64,000 nucleotides of DNA, from IMG/VR virus record IMGVR_UViG_3300028029_000006, positions 312,236-376,235 of that record; one strand, written 5' to 3'. The notes beneath the pieces were generated by a model. It was given only the letters and a program-made list of their open reading frames with translations. It had not been told where the DNA came from and made no database searches. Below, piece by piece: positions 53,162-60,708 of the stretch. A program made the translations under genes and the position numbers. This stretch comes from a virus. Within the stretch, counting starts at the first letter, position 1; each line of letters starts with the position of its first letter.

Positions 53162-53296
53162 AAGGCATTCGAGTTAAAAATATTGTTTTATGTAATAACA
53201 TACGGGAATTGAACCCGTTACTTTCAGCCTTTTAGGCGGACGCTCTACCAGATGAGCTAATGTTGCTTGTAAATATTTTAAAGGTTTGAATGCCTT
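53162..53296 (-). ncRNA. Complete tRNA-like cloverleaf enclosed by the module stem (element B)
   Basis: AAGGCATTC/GAATGCCTT and AAAATATT/AATATTTT stems flank GCAACAT-TA-GCTC..GAGC..CTAAAAG loop..ACGGG-TTCAATT-CCCGT-ATGTTAT. Confidence 0.8.
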
Positions 53297-53298
53297 AG

Positions 53299-53357
53299 AG
53301 CACTTGGAAAGGTTCGCACTTTCAATGCATGTTTGCATTATTCTAACAATCAAGTAT
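53299..53357 (-). ncRNA. Truncated tRNA-like element lacking a D arm
   Basis: TACTTG/CAAGTG stem, AATGCA-AACA-TGCATT hairpin, T-like arm GAAAG-TGCGAAC-CTTTC. Confidence 0.45.
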
Positions 53358-53380
53358 ATTTTAAGATTTATTAAATCTAG

Positions 53381-53453
53381 GAGCGCGAGCAAGATTTGCA
53401 CTTGCGACCTCTAGGTTATGAGCCTAGTGAGCTACTGACTGCTCCATCGCGCG
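53381..53453 (-). tRNA. tRNA-Met(CAT), initiator-like
   Basis: C1:T72 mismatch, GCGCGA/TCGCGC, TGGAGCAG..GTAGCTC, CTAGG-CTCATAA-CCTAG, GCAAG-TGCAAAT-CTTGC. Confidence 0.85.
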
Positions 53454-53454
53454 C

Positions 53455-53579
53455 GGTACCACAAAAAGGGCTTGAACCTTTGCCTCTCATAACTAAAAAG
53501 TTATAAGCGCTCTACCTGTTAACAATCTATTAGCCGGACTCATGCCGGTCAATTATTTGTTTGTCTGAGCTATTGTGAC
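53455..53579 (-). ncRNA. tRNA-Lys-like RNA with a 54-nt D loop and an extended anticodon stem
   Basis: GTCACAA/TTGTGGT-A-CC, GCTC/GAGC enclosing 53513-53566, CTTATAACT-TTTT-AGTTATGAG, AAAGG-TTCAAGC-CCTTT. Confidence 0.7.
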
Positions 53580-53586
53580 TTAAAAA

Positions 53587-53733
53587 AACTATTATTCGAG
53601 TATTAATATCTGTTTAAAAGATCATTTTAATATGATTGCCTATACCATTTTGGCTATTTGCCCACTAAGTAGGTAAAGCAGGATTCGAACCTGCAATTTT
53701 TGCTTGTAAGATATTAACTAATGAATATTAGTT
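53587..53733 (-). ncRNA. Circularly permuted tRNA-like RNA closed by the module, Y RNA/YrlA-like (element D)
   Basis: Order: stem, TACAAGCA, T arm GCAGG-TTCGAAT-CCTGC, acceptor hairpin TTTACCT-ACTTAGT-GGGCAAA, TA, D arm GCC..TGGTA..GGC, ATCAT/ATGAT arm, AAAC, stem with TACTC loop. Confidence 0.85.
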
Positions 53734-53734
53734 G

Positions 53735-53865
53735 TGGAGAATCCAGGAATCGAACCTGATTTGCTTGTAAACACTAATTATTTGCTCTTCAATAAAGAAC
53801 GAGTTTTAGAGTTGTTAAAATTCTTTTTCCAATAAAAGTTGAGGGCCACCCTCAATTAATTCCCC
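53735..53865 (-). ncRNA. tRNA-like RNA with the module in the variable arm (element E)
   Basis: GGGGAAT/ATTCTCC, D arm TTGAGGG-TGG-CCCTCAA, insert AACTCTAA-AACTC-GTTCTT..AAGAGC-AAATAA-TTAGTGTT-TACAAGCA, T arm identical to element A. Confidence 0.8.
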
Positions 53866-53875
53866 ATTCGGTTAT

Positions 53876-53903
53876 ACTATAACCATTTATGCCTAGTTGT
53901 CAA
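53876..53903 (-). promoter_or_regulatory. Sigma70-like promoter of the RNA array
   Basis: TTGACA-16 nt-TATAGT, ending 10 nt before the 5' G of element E. Confidence 0.8.
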
Positions 53904-53914
53904 GAAGTTTTTTT

Positions 53915-53974
53915 AAAAAAAGTGGCAACCAATTAAAAACAATAATCCCGTAATGAATAATTATTGGTTGCCAC
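53915..53974 (-). terminator. Intrinsic terminator of the Ro60/Ubl operon
   Basis: 12-bp stem GTGGCAACCAAT/ATTGGTTGCCAC followed by T7. Confidence 0.7.
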
Positions 53975-53993
53975 CTAAACCTATCACCACATG

Positions 53994-54587
53994 CTATGAT
54001 GAGCAAAAATCACAAGTTGTGCCAGACTTGTCCCATCCGCTTGAGTGTTCTTTGTAACCCCAAGAAAGACCATAACGATAACTTAATGAATTAACACAAC
54101 GTTCGCAAGAATTTGCGGCTATTAAAATAGCTTTACTCATTTCATAAGTTTTATTCCACCCATAACCTCGTAGTATAGATTTTATCCTTTCTTTAAATGA
54201 AGGGCGTACTAATGCTATAACCAAGTCTTGAGGCCATGATGAATTTCCACTCATTATTTTTTTTGAACCTTTAGATCTCCAATTATTGCTCCAAGATTCT
54301 TTAATGTTTTTTACTTGGGTTCCTTTACATTTCTTACACTCTCGGCCTTCTAAACCTTCCATCCAACCAAATGTTTGCTTAATATGTTCATCTAAATGGT
54401 CACAATTTTCAACTTCATCTTTTTGAACATTTTTAAAATAATTCCTATTAAGTGTAGTAGGAGATTCGCTTACTAGATAAACGTATCCATCAGGCTCAAT
54501 ATCTGAAAAGCTATTTAACGGAACCCATTTATCTCCATTGGAGTTTTCATACCATATCGAGTGTAATTTGCTTTCATCTATAATCAT
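53994..54587 (-). CDS. Hypothetical zinc-binding protein
   Basis: CKKC, CERC, CDFC. Confidence 0.5.
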   Translation of the reverse strand: MIIDESKLHSIWYENSNGDKWVPLNSFSDIEPDGYVYLVSESPTTLNRNYFKNVQKDEVENCDHLDEHIKQTFGWMEGLEGRECKKCKGTQVKNIKESWSNNWRSKGSKKIMSGNSSWPQDLVIALVRPSFKERIKSILRGYGWNKTYEMSKAILIAANSCERCVNSLSYRYGLSWGYKEHSSGWDKSGTTCDFCSS

Positions 54588-54645
54588 AATTAACCTCTGA
54601 CTTTCTTAACTTCCACATCTACTATAACACCTTGGTTGAGAAATA

Positions 54646-55218
54646 TCAAACCTTTATTGCACCAGCCGGGCTGATTTGGTAGTTAACCATGCGATTATTA
54701 ACAATAAATTCATGTACAGATTGTGCAAAAAAAGATGAAACAATTGCAATAAATGCCAAGTGTTCTCCATTTTCACAGGTTGCGGCACCAGCGGATGGTT
54801 CATGATCAATTTTAAAATGTTGATCCCACATTATTTGTCCAAACTCTCCATTGGCAGCTAAACCTCCATGTAGACAAGGGACATTATTTTGACGAACATA
54901 ATTTTGAACTAGGAGCCGAGCTTCGGCATTATCTAAACAATCAATAATAAGATCTGATTTTTTTAAAAGCATATCTACATTATCACTAGTAAGTTTATGA
55001 GGTATAATATTTAATTTAGTACCAAACATAAATTTCATACTTTGTTGCATTGATTGCACTTTAGATTTTCCAACAGTTTTAACGCTGTGAAATTGGGACA
55101 TAGTATTCGTTTTTTCTACTCTGTCAAAATCAATTATTGTTATATTAATTTCTTCATTTCTAATAAACTGAATAAGATGAGAGCCTAAAGCTCCAACTCC
55201 TACAATTGTTACATTCAT
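54646..55218 (-). CDS. ThiF/E1-like adenylating enzyme
   Basis: IVGVGALGS, IDFDRVE..N..SQ, K, DCLDN...R, single candidate catalytic Cys in ATCE. Confidence 0.92.
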   Translation of the reverse strand: MNVTIVGVGALGSHLIQFIRNEEINITIIDFDRVEKTNTMSQFHSVKTVGKSKVQSMQQSMKFMFGTKLNIIPHKLTSDNVDMLLKKSDLIIDCLDNAEARLLVQNYVRQNNVPCLHGGLAANGEFGQIMWDQHFKIDHEPSAGAATCENGEHLAFIAIVSSFFAQSVHEFIVNNRMVNYQISPAGAIKV

Positions 55219-55243
55219 AATTGAATTTCTTTAATGATTTCGG

Positions 55244-55513
55244 TTACTTGCCGAAGGGCACTTTCGGTCTTAAGCTTATACGATTCATTTGTACATCTTC
55301 AGTTGAAGGAAATCTATCTACTACAAAGTCATTAAAGTCTGCAACTGAATCTGTTGTAATTCCTGGCACATCGCCATTATTAACTGCTTCGGTTGCCCAA
55401 GATTTAATTTCTTCATCTGAAGAGTCAAAATGAACTGGTTGAAGTAAAGTTCCGTTTAATCCTGCAAAAGTAATATTTAAAACTGCTTCTGTTGCTGCTA
55501 ATTCTTCTGTCAT
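55244..55513 (-). CDS. Ubiquitin-like (beta-grasp) protein
   Basis: 89 aa, beta-beta-alpha-beta pattern, C-terminus LRPKVPFG-K, directly upstream of the E1 gene. Confidence 0.7.
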   Translation of the reverse strand: MTEELAATEAVLNITFAGLNGTLLQPVHFDSSDEEIKSWATEAVNNGDVPGITTDSVADFNDFVVDRFPSTEDVQMNRISLRPKVPFGK

Positions 55514-55537
55514 TGTATTTATCCTTTAAAATAATAT

Positions 55538-56001
55538 TTAGGTCATTTGTTTTTTAAATTCTTTTCTGAATTGCTTTGATAGTTTTTGGACCCTATATAT
55601 CCAATACCAATCTACTTTATCTTTAAACTCTCTAATGAAATTTTCAGATAATATTTGATCTATAGATAACACAGTCCAATATAATCTATCTTGAAATTTT
55701 CTAATGAAATCTTCTGATAATTTTTGATTAAAAGATATATTATCCCAATATACTTTATTTTGAAATTCTTTAATGAATTCTTCTGATAATTTTTGGTGAT
55801 AAGATATAGTATCCCAATCTAATTCATTTTTAAACTCTCTAATAAAATCTTCTGATAATTTTTCATATTTAGATATAGTAACCCAGCATATTTTATATTT
55901 GAATTCTTCTCTTAACTTATTTTTTAATTTACCTTTTTTTGTAAACTTCATTTCTGAACAATTATATTCAGAAGCTATTTCTTTTAATTGTTTTTTTTCA
56001 T
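55538..56001 (-). CDS. 23-aa Trp-repeat protein (leader frameshifted in an A8 run)
   Basis: Family leader from ATG 56001; about five repeats. Confidence 0.7.
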
Positions 56002-56004
56002 AAT

Positions 56005-56376
56005 TTAATAATTTGATATTTTACGTAATTCATCAAACCAGTCTGGTTTTTCGGAGACTACATGGTATATGTAATCATATTTTCCTGGTCCTAAGAACCT
56101 TGTGATGATCATATTATCACCACTAATGATGGGCCAGTCAAGCTTTTTTCCTAGTCCAATTTCAACTGCTGAGAATGTTGTAACATCTGTCCAAGAAGGA
56201 GAAGGTATTCCTAAGCCCGGATGGCTATGAGCAAAGCCCGAAATGTTATCTCGATGTTCCCAGATTACGTTCCATAAATCTAAACTATCAGGTAACTCTG
56301 ATATTGATCGATTATGAGGTGTATGAAAATAAAGAGGTTTTCCCTCTAAATCTAATAAAATTCCTGCTTCCATCAT
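56005..56376 (-). CDS. JAB/MPN+ metallo-isopeptidase
   Basis: N-terminal E (MEAG) and HSHP...PSWTD (HxH-x7-S-x2-D). Confidence 0.9.
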   Translation of the reverse strand: MMEAGILLDLEGKPLYFHTPHNRSISELPDSLDLWNVIWEHRDNISGFAHSHPGLGIPSPSWTDVTTFSAVEIGLGKKLDWPIISGDNMIITRFLGPGKYDYIYHVVSEKPDWFDELRKISNY

Positions 56377-56652
56377 GTTTATTTACCTTACCACTCAGAT
56401 GAAGCTAACCAGCCACGACCTTCGCTTTTAACCCAATTTCCAACTGTTTTGTTAATATCTTGATTGGTTTCTTCGTTGCCAATATTTATCATTGTACTAT
56501 TTAATATTAATTCACAATCAATATTTGGAATATCTTCTTCAAGACGTTCCCCTTCATGTTCTTCTAAAACTTTCCACGCATCAATTTTGCTTTTTGCAAT
56601 AACTAATTCTGAATTATATAGCCTAAACATATTTAATTTTTCTTTGTTCATA

Positions 56653-57588
56653 TTAACCTCTTCTATATATAACTAAAACGTCTTTATCAATCGCTTCTTT
56701 AATAACTCCAGGGATACTTTCTAATGTTAACCAAGTATCACCTTTGGTTCCTACTTCAAAATCATTATCATAATCATGTTCTTGTAAACATACTCCAGAA
56801 TCTATAATTCTTAAAGTTGTAGAATGACAAACGCATTCCAATCGTATGTTATTAAATTTATATTTAACAATCATTTCTTGATTTCGAATTCCTTTCCTAT
56901 GATCTAAATAAACAGCTCCTCCAAGGGAAAGAGCAGCGACTGCTGCTTGTCTAAAATCAGTAACGGCTATTTGTCTTCTAATCAATCCAGTACCAAAAGA
57001 ATCTCTCATTTGCTTTTGAAGTGCTTCTTGTCGAATTTTTTCTTCTTGAGCTTTTCTTTGATTTTCTATTTTTATTCTTATATAATTTTCAAATTTAAAA
57101 GCTATATCTAAAGCCGGTGTTACTTCTGAAATATCATCAACATTATCTTTTTGATCTAAAAATGAATTTAAAACCTCATCTTCTGGTCCCAATGGGAATT
57201 CTTCTCCAACAAAAATTAAGGGGCCATTTTCATAAATTCTACCCACTTTTATTCTTGAAAATCTTTCTATGCCAGGTTGAATTAAATAAACGAATTCAAA
57301 ATTAGATGACATTTCTTCAATAGAGAATTTTGTTTGAGTGTCATCTGTTACTAATCTACCACCAACTAAATACCCAGTAATATATTCATAGAATATTTCT
57401 TCATTTGAATCTGATTCAGATTTTAAATTAGCAATTCTGTTTTTAACATAAAAAGTATACCAACCATGTTCTGAAGGTAAAGTTCCTTTAATTTTCCAAG
57501 TGCGATTTTTGGTTTGAAGAGATCTTCCACCTACCCAAGGGATAGATAATAATTCTTCTTTTATTTGCAAATGATCTTGCCAACCCAT
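56653..57588 (-). CDS. Probable E2-like conjugating protein (C-terminal domain)
   Basis: H-x8-GVCL followed by W-LTLESI, resembling E2 H-x-N...GxICL...W...TL; operon context. Confidence 0.5.
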   Translation of the reverse strand: MGWQDHLQIKEELLSIPWVGGRSLQTKNRTWKIKGTLPSEHGWYTFYVKNRIANLKSESDSNEEIFYEYITGYLVGGRLVTDDTQTKFSIEEMSSNFEFVYLIQPGIERFSRIKVGRIYENGPLIFVGEEFPLGPEDEVLNSFLDQKDNVDDISEVTPALDIAFKFENYIRIKIENQRKAQEEKIRQEALQKQMRDSFGTGLIRRQIAVTDFRQAAVAALSLGGAVYLDHRKGIRNQEMIVKYKFNNIRLECVCHSTTLRIIDSGVCLQEHDYDNDFEVGTKGDTWLTLESIPGVIKEAIDKDVLVIYRRG

Positions 57589-57589
57589 T

Positions 57590-58087
57590 TTAATCCTTTA
57601 ATATTCCTTTATGTTTGAACTCTTCAATGAAATCGTTTGATAAATTTTGATATATAGATATATATTTCCATCTTATTTTATCTTGAAATTCTTTAATAAA
57701 ATCTTCTGATAATGTTTGAGAACAAGACACCCATCCCCAATCTAATTTATCTTGAAATTCTCTTATAAAATCTTCAGATAAATTCTGATAAATAGATATA
57801 TTAAACCAATCTACTTTATCTTTGAATTCCCTAATGAAATTTTCAGATATTTTTTGATAAAAAGATATTTCATACCAATCTACTTTATCTTGAAACTCTC
57901 TAATAAATTCCTCAGATAAAATTGATCTACTAGATATGTCATACCAAATTAATTCATATTGAAACTCCCTAATAAAATCTTCAGATAAATCTATCTTCTT
58001 AGAAAGGTGCTCCCAATTTATTATTTCAGAATGTTTTTTAAAACAAATTTTATCTTCTTTAGTAAACATTTTAATCTTCTTTTTCAT
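57590..58087 (-). CDS. 23-aa Trp-repeat protein
   Basis: About six LSEDFIREFQDK.DW repeats. Confidence 0.8.
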   Translation of the reverse strand: MKKKIKMFTKEDKICFKKHSEIINWEHLSKKIDLSEDFIREFQYELIWYDISSRSILSEEFIREFQDKVDWYEISFYQKISENFIREFKDKVDWFNISIYQNLSEDFIREFQDKLDWGWVSCSQTLSEDFIKEFQDKIRWKYISIYQNLSNDFIEEFKHKGILKD

Positions 58088-58382
58088 TGAATTCTTTATG
58101 AAAATCGGTGGGTAATTTTTGATATCTCTGCACCCAATACCACACCATTTTATCTTGAAACTCTCTTATGAAATTTTCTGATAACGTTTGGTTTAAAGAT
58201 ATATTGTGCCAATGTACTTTATCTTGAAATTCTCTAATAAAATTTTCTGATAACGTTTGATATTCAGATATTTCATTCCACCAAACGTTATCTTTGAATT
58301 CTCTTATAAAATCTTCTGGTAATTCTTGAAGAGATAGGCGTTTCCAATCAATTACGTTTTTAAATTCTTTAAAAAAACCCAT
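58071..58382 (-). CDS. 23-aa Trp-repeat protein (5' end probably frameshifted)
   Basis: About four repeats; homopolymer-rich upstream region. Confidence 0.7.
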   Translation of the reverse strand: MGFFKEFKNVIDWKRLSLQELPEDFIREFKDNVWWNEISEYQTLSENFIREFQDKVHWHNISLNQTLSENFIREFQDKMVWYWVQRYQKLPTDFHKEFNEKED

Positions 58383-58812
58383 TTTTCTTTTGATGAAAAA
58401 TCAAATTTTTCTGGTTTATAAATTTTCATATTATTAACTTTTAATTTTTACGTATTTCTTTCTTAAACTTAATTCAATTTTAGATATTTTACCCCTGCCT
58501 ATTTTTTTATTTGTTTAGATTTAGCTATTTCAATAGCGTTAATGATTAATTCTTTTGGCGTGTCACTCATCTTTTTTTAATTCATGATATTCGTAGTCTT
58601 CTACACATACAACAAGCCATTTTTTAACTAAACAAGCTACATCATCATTATTTAACTCATCAATAGCTTTAAGAACTTCTTTTGTGCTTATTTTATTTGA
58701 TTTAACATCACCCCAAAAATTCCAAGTGTAATGCGTATCAGATTTTTCTCCTCTACTTAAAAGAGAACCAATAGCGTCAAATAAGTCTTTCTTTTCAAGA
58801 AGAGGATTCAAT

Positions 58813-60687
58813 TTATGCCACCCACATTGGACGTTCCAATAATTCAGTCTTCATAATCAATTCAGCCAAAGAAACTCTCTTCTGAACAACTCTACCAATA
58901 GCTTCACGATTAACTGGAGTTGATTGAATTAATGCAGACAATGTTCTTGGAAGCTGATAAACGTCTCCAAAAATATTTTCATCAATCATAAAACAAGGAA
59001 TCCCTAAATTAGTAGCAGTATTTTGTACCGCAAACCTATTATAACCCCAACCTCCGTCAACCTTCAAAAAACCGAAAGCAACAGGATTTAAACCAGATTT
59101 ATTAACCGCTCCTTGAAAATCAGCAGCACCCTCATCTCCAATAAAGATAAAAAGAACATCTTCATCTACACTTGGCTTATTATGTTGTAGAGCCCGAACA
59201 CCACTTCCATAATCTGTACCACCTCCAGCACTGTAATTACTAAAAGCTTGACGAACTCCAACACCAGTTGAGCTTCTTAATTTAACTTCCTGACCCATAG
59301 TATTGAAGACAGAAATGTGAATTTTATCCATAGGAAACGCTTGTAAAAACTTTTCCAAATAAACTTTAGCTTGCTCAATTGCACCTTGCATAGAACCAGA
59401 GATATCAACCATAAAGTAAATTCTGATATTATCCATCTCCTTTTCAACAGCCGCCTTAACAGCCGTATCAGCAGCTTCTTGAAGTTTATCCTTCGTGCTT
59501 TGATTTTTAACACGGGAAGCAATGTTAGCAGCCCTTGTGTCAGTTGCAGTTTTCATTGCAGCTTCCCAGCGATTTTTAACTTCAGGATCTTGCAAAAGAC
59601 CTAACTCTTCCAATGTCGGAGTTAGAATAATTAAATCCTTATCTGAAAGGCAATGAGCCTCAATTGAAGCTGCAACAATTGCTCGTGTCAACCCAACACT
59701 AGCTGGAACCATACCAACAATGCGCTTATAACTCAGAGGATTCTTAACAATTCGCTCACAAATTTCAGCTTCAGAAAGACCTTCCCATGTCTCAGCTGTT
59801 GCTACAGCCTTACCAATAGCTATTTCACGTCTACCATCTTTGGCTTGAGCCTGCTTCCACCGCAAAGTTTCGAAGTATTTTGGACTAGAAGGCTTGTAAC
59901 CAACTCGTCTTGATAGTTCCATCACAGTTTTGCGAAAACCAGCTTTAACCAAACCATTTAAAAGCTTAGAATTATCTTCACGATAACGAATCCACTTTTC
60001 AACCGCTTTGTGCCAACGACCATAAAATGGCTTGCGAGCAGACCGCCCAAATCCAAGATCGCGATTAATTTCAGCAATCTCAGGAAGAGAAAGTAAATCA
60101 TGAATTCGAAGAAGAAGTTTAGGGTTTAGATCTTTCTTATCTTTACGATCAACAGTTAGAATCATGGCTTCGCCAACATCACGAAAATCATCATCAAAGA
60201 AAACAACTTCTCCATTTTCTTTAATCGGAATTCCTTTGCGATTTTGAACAAGCATCAAAGCTGCCAAAACAACTTTAAGATCTCGATGGTCTTGTGTAAA
60301 AGCGTAGGATGCCCAGCGGGCCGAAAATTCATTATTCATTTTCCAAACGTCAGCAGCTTGCTTATACATCCACGCTGCGACCTCAGGATACAATCCGGGT
60401 TTACGATATTCACCAACTTTTCGCGCACCATCTTGAACGGAATTATCATCTTGCAATTCTCCCATTCTAGTTTGGTGAACTTTTCGCCCAATTTTATTAA
60501 GACTATAAACAATTTTCTTGCCATCTTCTTCTTTATGAGTAACCGGAATCCACTTAACTCCAATTGGGCTGGTAGCATCTGGAATAACTACACCACACCT
60601 TCCATGATAAAGATGGTCTGTGTAAGATAATAGCATATTGATGGTCCGTTCTGCAGGACCGAGTGTTTCTGTTGTTGTATTGGGCAT
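58813..60687 (-). CDS. Divergent Ro60/TROVE-like protein with C-terminal vWA domain
   Basis: Helical N-domain with RWHKAVEKW, MELSRRVGYKP and ETWEGLS (Ro60-like); vWA MIDAS VDISGSM, GGTD, FIGDE. Confidence 0.72.
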   Translation of the reverse strand: MPNTTTETLGPAERTINMLLSYTDHLYHGRCGVVIPDATSPIGVKWIPVTHKEEDGKKIVYSLNKIGRKVHQTRMGELQDDNSVQDGARKVGEYRKPGLYPEVAAWMYKQAADVWKMNNEFSARWASYAFTQDHRDLKVVLAALMLVQNRKGIPIKENGEVVFFDDDFRDVGEAMILTVDRKDKKDLNPKLLLRIHDLLSLPEIAEINRDLGFGRSARKPFYGRWHKAVEKWIRYREDNSKLLNGLVKAGFRKTVMELSRRVGYKPSSPKYFETLRWKQAQAKDGRREIAIGKAVATAETWEGLSEAEICERIVKNPLSYKRIVGMVPASVGLTRAIVAASIEAHCLSDKDLIILTPTLEELGLLQDPEVKNRWEAAMKTATDTRAANIASRVKNQSTKDKLQEAADTAVKAAVEKEMDNIRIYFMVDISGSMQGAIEQAKVYLEKFLQAFPMDKIHISVFNTMGQEVKLRSSTGVGVRQAFSNYSAGGGTDYGSGVRALQHNKPSVDEDVLFIFIGDEGAADFQGAVNKSGLNPVAFGFLKVDGGWGYNRFAVQNTATNLGIPCFMIDENIFGDVYQLPRTLSALIQSTPVNREAIGRVVQKRVSLAELIMKTELLERPMWVA

Positions 60688-60708
60688 AATTTTCTCCTTT
60701 GTTTGCTT

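Noticed and set aside
53174-53401. 75-aa ORF on the - strand
   Set aside because: Overlaps element B and the end of tRNA-Met; no RBS or recognisable motif; the RNA structure explains the sequence
52934-53865. CRISPR array suggested by the recurring TGCTTGT
   Set aside because: The repeat is only 7-8 nt, spacing is irregular, the intervening sequences are tRNA-like and no cas genes are present
53922-53974. A sixth copy of the RNA module
   Set aside because: Lacks ACAAGCA and ACUC; a stem plus T-run after the last operon gene fits a terminator
3859-58382. Diversity-generating retroelement behind the repeat variation
   Set aside because: No reverse transcriptase in the window and no non-coding template repeat differing only at adenines was seen; not excluded elsewhere in the genome
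59277-60630. Short alternative-frame and antisense ORFs inside the Ro60-like gene (and similar ones in purA, topA, sbcC and the MBL gene)
   Set aside because: Shadow ORFs of well-supported genes, with no motifs
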